A program made the position numbers and the translations under genes. DNA of 64,000 nt from Capsulimonadaceae bacterium (GTDB lineage Bacteria; Armatimonadota; Armatimonadia; Armatimonadales; Capsulimonadaceae): the NCBI GenBank assembly GCA_965215505.1, contig OZ244065.1, positions 5,696,001 to 5,760,000 of the forward strand, given 5' to 3'. How positions within the stretch are numbered: position 1 is the first letter of the stretch; every line of letters starts with the position of its first letter. This document shows positions 21,826-29,833 of this stretch, in pieces. The notes under the pieces were generated by a model. It had not been told where the DNA came from. It made no database searches and worked only from the letters and a program-made list of their open reading frames with translations.

Positions 21826-23096
21826 AAACGCGACCTGTGACACGAATGACAGCCACGAATTATGCGACCGATACCGACGCTTACGACGTGCGGCGCGTCC
21901 GGCAGGATTTCCCGATCCTGCGCCAGACCGTGCATGGCAAGCCCCTGGTCTACCTGGACAACGCCAACACGACCCAGAAGCCGACCCAGGTTCTGGACGC
22001 CATCTCGGAATACTATGCCGAGTACAATGCCAACATCCATCGGGCCACCCACCTCCTGAGCGAGAAGGCGACGCGCGGCTATGAAGGCGCGCGCGTCAAG
22101 GTCAAGAACTTCCTGAACGCCGCCGACGCCCACGAGATCATCTACGTCCGCAACGCCACCGAGGGCGTCAACCTCGTCGCGCAGACGTGGGGCCGCAAGA
22201 ACATCAAGGAAGGCGACGAGATCATCGTCTCCGAGATGGAACACCACTGTAACATCGTCCCCTGGCAGATGCTCTGCGAGGAGAAGGGTGCCATTCTCCG
22301 GGTCATCCCGATCAGCGACGACGGTGAGCTTCTGCTGGACGAGTACGCGAAGCTGCTCAACGAGCGCACAAAGTTCGTCGGCATCGTCCATATGTCGAAC
22401 GCGCTCGGCACGATCAACCCGGTCAAGCAGGTCATTGATCTGGCACACGCGCAAGGCGTCCCCGTCCTGGTGGATGCTGCCCAGTCGGCCTACCACGTCC
22501 CGATTGACGTTCAGGAACTCGACTGCGACTTCCTGGTGTTCTCAGGACATAAGCTGTATGGCCCCACCGGCATCGGCATCCTGTATGGCAAGCGGTCCTT
22601 TTTGGAGGCCATGCCGCCCTGGCAGGGTGGGGGGGACATGATCCTGACCGTCTCGTTCACGAAGACCGCTTACAACGAGATTCCTTACAAGTTCGAGGCC
22701 GGCACGCCGCACATCGCCGGGGCCATCGGATTGGGCGCGGCGGTTGACTATCTGACCGCCCTCGGTATGGATAACCTGGCCGCCTACGAGCACGAACTGA
22801 CGCGGTACGGCGAGGAGGCACTGGCCCAGGTGCCCGGCCTGCGGATGATTGGGACCGCCCGCGACAAGGCCAGCGTCTTCTCGTTCACCCTGGGCGACAT
22901 CCACCCGCACGACATCGGGACGATCCTGGACGGAGAGGGCATCGCCATCCGCACCGGCCAGCACTGTGCCCACCCGGTCATGCAGCGGTTCGGCGTCCCC
23001 GCCACCGCCCGCGCGTCCCTGGCCCTTTACAACACGCGGGACGAGATAGACGCGCTCGTCCAGGGCCTGCACACGGTCATCGAGGTATTCGGCTAG
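21807..23096 (+). CDS. sufS: Cysteine desulfurase SufS
   Basis: YLDNANTTQKP, EHHCNIVPW, SGHKLYGPTG, FEAGTP, RTGQHCA. Confidence 0.96.
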   Translation: MATATLETRPVTRMTATNYATDTDAYDVRRVRQDFPILRQTVHGKPLVYLDNANTTQKPTQVLDAISEYYAEYNANIHRATHLLSEKATRGYEGARVKVKNFLNAADAHEIIYVRNATEGVNLVAQTWGRKNIKEGDEIIVSEMEHHCNIVPWQMLCEEKGAILRVIPISDDGELLLDEYAKLLNERTKFVGIVHMSNALGTINPVKQVIDLAHAQGVPVLVDAAQSAYHVPIDVQELDCDFLVFSGHKLYGPTGIGILYGKRSFLEAMPPWQGGGDMILTVSFTKTAYNEIPYKFEAGTPHIAGAIGLGAAVDYLTALGMDNLAAYEHELTRYGEEALAQVPGLRMIGTARDKASVFSFTLGDIHPHDIGTILDGEGIAIRTGQHCAHPVMQRFGVPATARASLALYNTRDEIDALVQGLHTVIEVFG

Positions 23097-23111
23097 GGGG
23101 TTATTGGGGCA

Positions 23112-23564
23112 ATGTCCGACCTGAGAGAACTCTACCAGGAAGTCATCCTGGACCACAACAAGAAGCCGCGCAACTTCGGCGTGCTGGAAGACGCCACGCA
23201 GGTCGCGCAGGGCCACAACCCCCTGTGCGGCGACAACGTCACCGTCTACCTGCATGTCGAGGACGACACCATCAAGGACATCAGCTTCAACGGCTCCGGC
23301 TGTGCCATCTCTAAGGCTTCCGCGTCGCTGATGACCGGCGAGCTGAAGGGCAAGACCGTGGCCGAGGCCGAGACGCTGTTCCAGTCCTTCCACGATCTGG
23401 TCACAGGGCCCGAGGCCTCCGAGGAGACCTTGGAAGACCTGGGCAAGCTGGCCGTCTTCTCGGGCGTTCGCGACTACCCCGCCCGCGTCAAGTGCGCCTC
23501 GCTGGCCTGGCACACCGTCCATAATGCTTTACAGGGCAAGCCTGAGCCGGCCGTCACGGAGTAA
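23112..23564 (+). CDS. sufU: SufU scaffold / sulfur-transfer protein
   Basis: LYQEVILDH, NPLCGD, GCAISKAS, RVKCA.LAW. Confidence 0.95.
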   Translation: MSDLRELYQEVILDHNKKPRNFGVLEDATQVAQGHNPLCGDNVTVYLHVEDDTIKDISFNGSGCAISKASASLMTGELKGKTVAEAETLFQSFHDLVTGPEASEETLEDLGKLAVFSGVRDYPARVKCASLAWHTVHNALQGKPEPAVTE

Positions 23565-23571
23565 ATCTACC

Positions 23572-23904
23572 ATGCCCATAGCCGACACGAAAGTCCACCC
23601 GCTGGTCATCGAGGCCGAAGTCATGGAGGCCCTGCGGGACGTCTATGACCCCGAAATTCCCGTCAACATCTACGACCTGGGCCTCATCTACGATGTCAAT
23701 GTAGACGAGTATGGCGTCGTGGACATCGAGATGACCCTGACCTCCCCCGCCTGTCCCGTCGCCGGCTCCCTGCCCGGCGAGGTCGAGCAGAAGGTGCGCG
23801 GCGTCCCCGGCGTCACCGACGTCAGCGTCGAGCTGGTCTGGGAACCCGCCTGGAGCATGGACCGCATGAGCGAGGAAGCCAAGCTCGAACTCGGCTTCTT
23901 CTAA
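23572..23904 (+). CDS. sufT: DUF59 / SufT Fe-S assembly protein
   Basis: VYDPEIPVNIYDLGLIY, TLTSPACPVA, WEPAW. Confidence 0.92.
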   Translation: MPIADTKVHPLVIEAEVMEALRDVYDPEIPVNIYDLGLIYDVNVDEYGVVDIEMTLTSPACPVAGSLPGEVEQKVRGVPGVTDVSVELVWEPAWSMDRMSEEAKLELGFF

Positions 23905-23917
23905 AGGAACACACACC

Positions 23918-24295
23918 ATGAGCGACACCGCCGTACTGGAACCGAATACCGAGACTTCTGCCAACCCCGTCATTTTGACGCCCGCCGCCGTCGCCCAGGT
24001 CAAGCGCCTGCGCGCCAAAAAGGGCAATGACACACTCAACCTGCGCGTCGGCGTCAAGGGCGGCGGCTGCTCCGGCCTCTCCTACGTCCTCGCCCTGGAA
24101 GAGACCCCGCGCGCCACCGACACCGTCTACGACGTGGACGGCGTGACCGTCCTGGTGGACCCCAAGAGCGCACAGTTTATTCAGGGCATGACCCTGGACT
24201 ACAGCACCGCCAACCTGCTCGAAGGTGGCTGGAAGTACCTCAACCCCAACGTCCAGAAGAGCTGCGGCTGCGGGACCTCGTTCACGCCGAAGTGA
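23918..24295 (+). CDS. A-type Fe-S carrier (IscA/SufA/HesB)
   Basis: GGGCSGLSY, NPN...SCGCGTSF. Confidence 0.95.
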   Translation: MSDTAVLEPNTETSANPVILTPAAVAQVKRLRAKKGNDTLNLRVGVKGGGCSGLSYVLALEETPRATDTVYDVDGVTVLVDPKSAQFIQGMTLDYSTANLLEGGWKYLNPNVQKSCGCGTSFTPK

Positions 24296-24309
24296 TACAC
24301 GCAAAAGCA

Positions 24310-24344
24310 AGAAGGCGGCCCCTCATCACGAGGAGCCGCCTTTT
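24310..24344 (+). terminator. Terminator hairpin at the end of the suf operon
   Basis: AAGGCGGC.CCTC-loop-GAGG.GCCGCCTTTT. Confidence 0.75.
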
Positions 24345-24358
24345 CCTTTGCCACTTAG

Positions 24359-26728
24359 CTATTTTGCCCCGCCTTTATGCTGGGCCGACGCCGGGGGCTT
24401 CGGGGATGGTCGGAGAGGGGAAGCACTGCTGTAAAGCAGAGACAGGTGGCCGTCCCAGCCGTCCACCACGAAGTCAATGCGGCCGTCTTCGGCGAAGTCG
24501 CCGGGCGCGGCCGTGTGAACGTCGTTCCCCGGCGTCGGGAAGCTCACGCGCGGCATCACCGTTCCGGTCCCGCTGTTGAGGCAGACGCTGAACGAATTCG
24601 TGCCCTGGTTCCCGAAAATGAGGTCAGGCAACCCATCCCCGTTGAGGTCTGCCGTCCGCATCTGACTCGGGTACTGTCCCGCCGGGTAATGGCTGCTGAC
24701 GAAGCTCCCCCGGCCGTCTCCGAGCGCGACGCCCAGGCTGCCCCCCCAGTAGTCCAGCCCGGCGAGGTCGAGATGCCCGTCCCCGTTCAGGTCCAGGGCC
24801 AGCAGTTCGCCGCCGCCCACCTCGGGGCCGGCCTGGGAGGCGTGGAATCCGCCCCGCCCGTCGCCCAGATAGACCAGGGCGTTGCGGGAGTAGAAGGTGC
24901 TGACGACCAGGTCCAGGTTTCCGTCGCCGTCGAAGTCGCCGCAGGCCAGCCCGACCGGATACTGCCCGCCGGGGAGAAAGGTCGCGGGGCCGAAGGTGCC
25001 GTCCCCACGGTTGAGCAGCACCGCCACGTTCGAGGAGTGGTCGCAGGCCGCCGCCAGGTCGAGCGCGCCGTCATGGTTGAAGTCCCCGACCGCGATGGCG
25101 GCGGAGGCCTGTCCGGCGGGGTAGAGGACCGGAGGAGCGAACGTCCGCTGCCCCGCGTTCATCAGGACCCGCAGGGCGTCGCCGCCGCTGATGATGACGT
25201 CTTTCCGTCCGTCCCCCTTCAAGTCGGCGACCGCGATGTGGGACAGGTCCCCCTCCCCCAAGGGGTACGAAACCCGGTCAAACCGCCCATCGCCGCGCCC
25301 ATAGAGAACCATGAGACTGGAGCCGAGGAAGGTCAGAATGTCCTGATGCCCGTCGCCGTCCAGGTCGGCGACCAGCGTGAACGGGTATCCCTTCTCGCCA
25401 GGAAACGTCAGGACCACCGGCGGCTGGAACGACAGCGGGCCGCCGGCCGTGTGCAGCGCAGGCGTCGCCGGCGGAACGTCTTCGATCCGCAGCACGCCCG
25501 ACAGATCGCCCGCTAAAGCCCCGCCCTTCATGACGGCGACGCGGTACGGGACGTCCCGTACCGGCGGGTTGGCTTCGGCGATGCGGATGGTCCGCTCCTG
25601 ATCACCGTCCGCCCGCCCCAGATCCAGCGTGGCAGGGATGCCGTTGAGAAGAACGGGGACCGACTGAAAATCCAGCAGCGGGCCGGACAACAGAGTCCTG
25701 TCCCGGAGCGTGACCGCCGCCCCAGCCGCCGGTGAACGGGCAGGACTCGAAGGGAGACGGATGGACTGGACTTCGCTCAGGGGGACGCGCCGCGTCCCGA
25801 CCGTGATCGTGCGGTCTTTCGTCGTGGCGACGACCGTGCCGCTGCCGCCCGTGATGGTCAGGCGCAGGTCCCGCGGGTTCGGCAGCGGAAGCACGGGGAC
25901 GGCCGTCGCGACATAATCGTGCGGCCCGGCGGCACGCGCGGGCGTGGTCCGCGCGCGGTCCAGGGTCAGCAGCACGCTGTAATCCGCCTCGTGCCCGTTC
26001 CAGGTCACGACCTGGATGTGGAAGGCCATCGCCCGGTGCGCGTCGCGGGCGGTAAGGGTCCCCGGCGAAAGCGTGATCGCCGGCTTCCCCAGCAGCGTCA
26101 GGAGGTGTTCGACTGGGATGGCAAAGTTCAGCGCGGCCCCCGGAATGCCGGCGGCGACGATGCCGATGACTCTGCCCTGGTCGTCGAGTACGGGGCCGCC
26201 CGAGTTGCCTGGGTTGAGCGAGGCATCCAGCTGGATGTCCTGGAGGGCGCTGTGTTCGCGCCGCAGCGCGGTGATGCGGCCGGTGCTGACGCTGATCGTC
26301 GGGTACTGCGCGGTCCCTTCGGCGAGGTCTTTCCCGAACGGGAACCCGAAGGCCGTCACCGGCAGGGTTTCATACAGGCCCGCGTTGTTCGGGGCCAGTG
26401 CGAGCGCCGCCCAGGGGCCGCCGCCGTCGGCTTTGAGCAGGGCCAGGTCCAGAGTTTCGTCGCTGCGGAGGACGGTCGCCTCCACCACCTTCTGACCCGG
26501 CTCCCCGGCGTTCAGGACCAGCTTGACGCGCGCATTGCCGCTGATGACGTGGTGATTCGTGATGAAGTACCCGGCCGCATCAATGCAGAAGGCCGTCCCG
26601 CTGCCGTCCGCCACCTCGACCAGGGCGGTCGCCTCCTTGCCGTGCTGAACGGTCGCCCGTGTGATGTCCGCCCGACTGCCGGAGACAATCATGCCCAGGA
26701 GGAACAGAAGGATGGGGAGCCGAAGCAT
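24359..26728 (-). CDS. Secreted trypsin-like serine protease with C-terminal FG-GAP/VCBS repeats
   Basis: TNHHV, DLALL, GNSGGP triad; repeated DLDGDG/DFNHDG/DLNGDG motifs; signal peptide. Confidence 0.9.
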   Translation of the reverse strand: MLRLPILLFLLGMIVSGSRADITRATVQHGKEATALVEVADGSGTAFCIDAAGYFITNHHVISGNARVKLVLNAGEPGQKVVEATVLRSDETLDLALLKADGGGPWAALALAPNNAGLYETLPVTAFGFPFGKDLAEGTAQYPTISVSTGRITALRREHSALQDIQLDASLNPGNSGGPVLDDQGRVIGIVAAGIPGAALNFAIPVEHLLTLLGKPAITLSPGTLTARDAHRAMAFHIQVVTWNGHEADYSVLLTLDRARTTPARAAGPHDYVATAVPVLPLPNPRDLRLTITGGSGTVVATTKDRTITVGTRRVPLSEVQSIRLPSSPARSPAAGAAVTLRDRTLLSGPLLDFQSVPVLLNGIPATLDLGRADGDQERTIRIAEANPPVRDVPYRVAVMKGGALAGDLSGVLRIEDVPPATPALHTAGGPLSFQPPVVLTFPGEKGYPFTLVADLDGDGHQDILTFLGSSLMVLYGRGDGRFDRVSYPLGEGDLSHIAVADLKGDGRKDVIISGGDALRVLMNAGQRTFAPPVLYPAGQASAAIAVGDFNHDGALDLAAACDHSSNVAVLLNRGDGTFGPATFLPGGQYPVGLACGDFDGDGNLDLVVSTFYSRNALVYLGDGRGGFHASQAGPEVGGGELLALDLNGDGHLDLAGLDYWGGSLGVALGDGRGSFVSSHYPAGQYPSQMRTADLNGDGLPDLIFGNQGTNSFSVCLNSGTGTVMPRVSFPTPGNDVHTAAPGDFAEDGRIDFVVDGWDGHLSLLYSSASPLRPSPKPPASAQHKGGAK

Positions 26729-26789
26729 TTGCCGACGTTTCACCTTTAATCCCCTCACGCTTTCTCGCCCCCGACGTCCGACCTTTTGT

Positions 26790-28550
26790 TCATCTCGCGG
26801 CCCCGCCCGTCCCGTACACCTCGACCTCGGAGGTGAACACGAAACTCGCGTTGAAACCCGCCTCTTCCGCGTAATGGTCGGGATAAGTCAGCCGGACGTA
26901 GCGAGCTGTGACCGGCGGGAACCGGTACTGATGCCTCTCCTCGTCGTGCTGCGAGAAGATGTAGCTCCCCACGTCCGTGTACTTCTCACCGTCGGCACTG
27001 ACCGAAACCGTGATCATCCTGGTGGACCCGAACGGCGGCACCCCCACCAGGACCGCGCCGACAGACGCCGGCTGTTCCAGGTCAATCGTCACGCTCTTGG
27101 GGAACGTCGGCTTGTCGTCCGAAGCGAACGTGTGCTGCCCGTCCGCCGTCCACGACCCGTCCGTCAGGCCGCCCGCCCCATAGCCATAGGTGTTGGGGCT
27201 GTCGGTGACGTACTTCTTCCCCAGCGCCAGATCGGGGCCGGTCAGGGGCGGGAGCGCCGGCGTCAGCTCATACCGATGTGCCACGGGCTGGGCGGCGGTA
27301 TGCCGCTCGGCGACCGTCGCCGCCTCCTCGGCGTCCAGGGCCGCCAGCAGCGGTGGCAGTGCGTCTTGGACTGCCGCCGTCTTGTGGCCTTGCAGCGGCA
27401 CCTGAATCGTGCGCCAGCGCGTGTTGTGCTGGTCGTTGTGCCGCGACGTAAGCTCCATGACCTTCCGCGCCTGCCGCGCCATCGGCGTCGCCAGCGGGGC
27501 CAGGTTGATCCCCGACGCGAGCTGTTCCGCCGTGAAGTCGCCGACCTCCTGCCCGTCTATCTTCAGCGTATAGCGGGCGGCCGGCTTCAGGCCGGTCACC
27601 TGGAGCGGCTCCTGGTCAAGCGCCTCCGTGAAATCCGACGACTTCAGCACGAGGGCGACGGCCGGGTCGCCCCACTCGACCGGCAGCGGCAGAGCGCCGT
27701 CCATCTGCGTCCAGGAGATCACCGCCCCTGACTTCAACACGCTGACCTCGGTGTTCGCCGCCTGGACCACGCGGAGGCGGGCGGCATCGATCCGGACGTT
27801 CGTGACCAGCGCGGGCGCGTTCCAGGCTCTCAGCAGCGCCTCGGCCATGACCAGGTGCCCGGCAGGGCTGGGGTGGACCCGGTCCGGGATGATCTTCTGC
27901 GCCAATGTTGGGTCCGCCGCGTTCGCCTGTTGCAGCATGGCGTTCACCGGCGTATTGAAGTCGGCGACCACCTGATGGTCCTTCGCCGCCGTCTCCTGCA
28001 CCCACTGAGCATAGCGCACCAGGACGGCGTTGTATCCGCCGGGGAAGTTACCCGCCCGCGTCACGTCGTCATAGGGCGATGGCTCAATCAGCGTCAGCCG
28101 GACGCCCGGAAGCGCCGCCTGCACCGTGTCCAGGATGTGCGTATAGCCCTGGGTATAGGCATCAAACGTGCCCTGGTCGAAGGCCCGGTAGCCGCCGTCG
28201 TTCATGCCGAGCATGACGGTCACGACGGTCGGTTTGTAAGCAATCACGTCGCGCTGGAGCCGCACGTCAATCGGCCCGCCCCCGCCGCCGCTCACCCGGT
28301 CGCCGCCCCAGCCGGAGTGAACAAACGTGACGCTCTTCTTGGGAAACCGCGTGACGACATAGTTCTCCACCAGTGTCGTGTAAAGCCGCTGCTCGGTGAT
28401 GCTGTCCCCATAAAAGACCACGCGGTCCCCGTCAACAATCTGGAAGGGTTTGGCAGGCTCCTGCGCCCCGGCCGCCCCGGCCAGCGTCAGCAGGGCGGCC
28501 CCGGCGGCCCACCAAGGGGATTTGCGGGAAAATAGATGCATGAGAGGCAT
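26790..28550 (-). CDS. SGNH/GDSL hydrolase with C-terminal discoidin (CBM32-like) domain
   Basis: FYGDSIT, LGMNDG, DRVHP; C-terminal VTIDL...ARYVRL...SEVEVYG. Confidence 0.9.
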   Translation of the reverse strand: MPLMHLFSRKSPWWAAGAALLTLAGAAGAQEPAKPFQIVDGDRVVFYGDSITEQRLYTTLVENYVVTRFPKKSVTFVHSGWGGDRVSGGGGGPIDVRLQRDVIAYKPTVVTVMLGMNDGGYRAFDQGTFDAYTQGYTHILDTVQAALPGVRLTLIEPSPYDDVTRAGNFPGGYNAVLVRYAQWVQETAAKDHQVVADFNTPVNAMLQQANAADPTLAQKIIPDRVHPSPAGHLVMAEALLRAWNAPALVTNVRIDAARLRVVQAANTEVSVLKSGAVISWTQMDGALPLPVEWGDPAVALVLKSSDFTEALDQEPLQVTGLKPAARYTLKIDGQEVGDFTAEQLASGINLAPLATPMARQARKVMELTSRHNDQHNTRWRTIQVPLQGHKTAAVQDALPPLLAALDAEEAATVAERHTAAQPVAHRYELTPALPPLTGPDLALGKKYVTDSPNTYGYGAGGLTDGSWTADGQHTFASDDKPTFPKSVTIDLEQPASVGAVLVGVPPFGSTRMITVSVSADGEKYTDVGSYIFSQHDEERHQYRFPPVTARYVRLTYPDHYAEEAGFNASFVFTSEVEVYGTGGAAR

Positions 28551-28591
28551 GGAAGTCTCCTGAGAGGTGATGACACGGTCGCGTTAGGACC

Positions 28592-28620
28592 AGTTTATCA
28601 GAGCAGCGGCGAATTGTCAA
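28592..28620 (-). promoter_or_regulatory. Sigma70-type promoter for the SGNH gene
   Basis: TTGACA-17bp-TAAACT on the minus strand. Confidence 0.65.
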
Positions 28621-28660
28621 CGGAGCCGCCCGGCCCATGTTGGCGTCGTGGATACAGACG

Positions 28661-28696
28661 AAAAAGGCGGCCCCTCATGTTGAGGGGCCGCCTTCT
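28661..28696 (-). terminator. Terminator hairpin after the PIN gene
   Basis: AAGGCGGCCCCTCA-loop-TGAGGGGCCGCCTT with T run on the minus strand. Confidence 0.75.
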
Positions 28697-28699
28697 CAA

Positions 28700-29068
28700 T
28701 CAGCGGGCAAATGGCAAGACTCTCGCCCTTAATCGTTTCTCATCAACACTAACAAGTGCCCCTGCTTCCAGCAGCGGCTCGAACTGTCTGAGCGCCGCAA
28801 TCACCAGCGTTTCTATCTGATCTGGTAGAACACCTAGTGTTCGTACCTGGAAGATGCTGGGGCGATCTGCCCCAGAGGCGGCCAGCAAAGCACCGAAATC
28901 TAGATCATGAGTGAACACGACATAGCCGTTCTGACTCGCCCACTCCATGATCTCGCTGTCTTCCGCCTCGGGGCTGCCGATTGACGACCAATGCTCCGCC
29001 TCAAAACCATGTCGTGCAAGGGCAGGAACCCACTCAGCAGGCAGGTTCATGTCAATGACAAGCTTCAT
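28700..29068 (-). CDS. DUF5615 family PIN-like toxin
   Basis: MKLVIDMNL, AEDSEI.EWA, VVFTHDLDFG, PSIFQVR, RVLPF. Confidence 0.88.
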   Translation of the reverse strand: MKLVIDMNLPAEWVPALARHGFEAEHWSSIGSPEAEDSEIMEWASQNGYVVFTHDLDFGALLAASGADRPSIFQVRTLGVLPDQIETLVIAALRQFEPLLEAGALVSVDEKRLRARVLPFAR

Positions 29069-29295
29069 GCGGCCATCAGCGGCATCTCCGACGCCTCTGC
29101 CAGCCAAGCTGCATAGCTTAAGGCCGCCCGGATGTCTTCCGCTTCCAGATAGGGGTAAGCGCGCAAGATCTCCTCAGAGGTCAATCCAGTCGCCACCAAT
29201 CCGACGACCAGACCCACTGTGACGCGCATACCGCGAATGCATGGCTTACCGCCCATGACACGCGGGTTGAGGGTGATGCGATCCGATTGTTCCAT
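29065..29295 (-). CDS. DUF433 family antitoxin-like protein
   Basis: RITLNPRVMGGKPCIRGMRVTV...EILRAYPYLE.EDIRAAL.YAA; ATGA overlap with the PIN gene. Confidence 0.92.
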   Translation of the reverse strand: MEQSDRITLNPRVMGGKPCIRGMRVTVGLVVGLVATGLTSEEILRAYPYLEAEDIRAALSYAAWLAEASEMPLMAA

Positions 29296-29346
29296 GCTGC
29301 GATTGTACCCTATCCGTGGGGTGGGGGAGGCCAGACCGTTTCATCT

Positions 29347-29613
29347 TCATCGCCCGTCGTCCGCCGCCTGCTCCTGCTCCCGGCGGTTCTTGATCTGCGA
29401 CCAGCCCACCAGTAAGAGGCCCGGCATTCCACAGGCAAGCGCCGTCAAGGCTTCCGAACCGTTCAGAAGTGACGTGTAAGCTTGATCGCTCAGGCGCGGC
29501 CTGTGCCAATGATCGTAGTTATACACGAAGGAACTTGCCATGATTGCCCCGAAGAGTGCCGCCGGAACAACGGCAATGCTATAAAGAAACGCCCAAAGGC
29601 AGCCGCTTTTCAT
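29347..29613 (-). CDS. Small membrane protein
   Basis: 88 aa, two hydrophobic segments. Confidence 0.55.
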   Translation of the reverse strand: MKSGCLWAFLYSIAVVPAALFGAIMASSFVYNYDHWHRPRLSDQAYTSLLNGSEALTALACGMPGLLLVGWSQIKNRREQEQAADDGR

Positions 29614-29616
29614 CTC

Positions 29617-29641
29617 GTAGGGGCGCCGCTTGCCGCGCCCT
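29617..29641 (+). repeat. GTAG-type REP-like palindrome
   Basis: GTAGGGGCGCCGCTTGCCGCGCCCT. Confidence 0.65.
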
Positions 29642-29833
29642 CTTTCCTCTGCCCGCGCAGGCGGACACCCGCTCTACCAAAGACCTGGATTTCAATCCAG
29701 GAGTCCGTCGTCAGCCGTATCCAACGCCTCCCCCGCTCGGTCGGCCTCATGCGCCCATTATCGGCCATCGCCGCACCTTTGTCAACCGCTGCTATCACCT
29801 ACCAACGGCTTTTCAGGTATAATAACAGACGAA

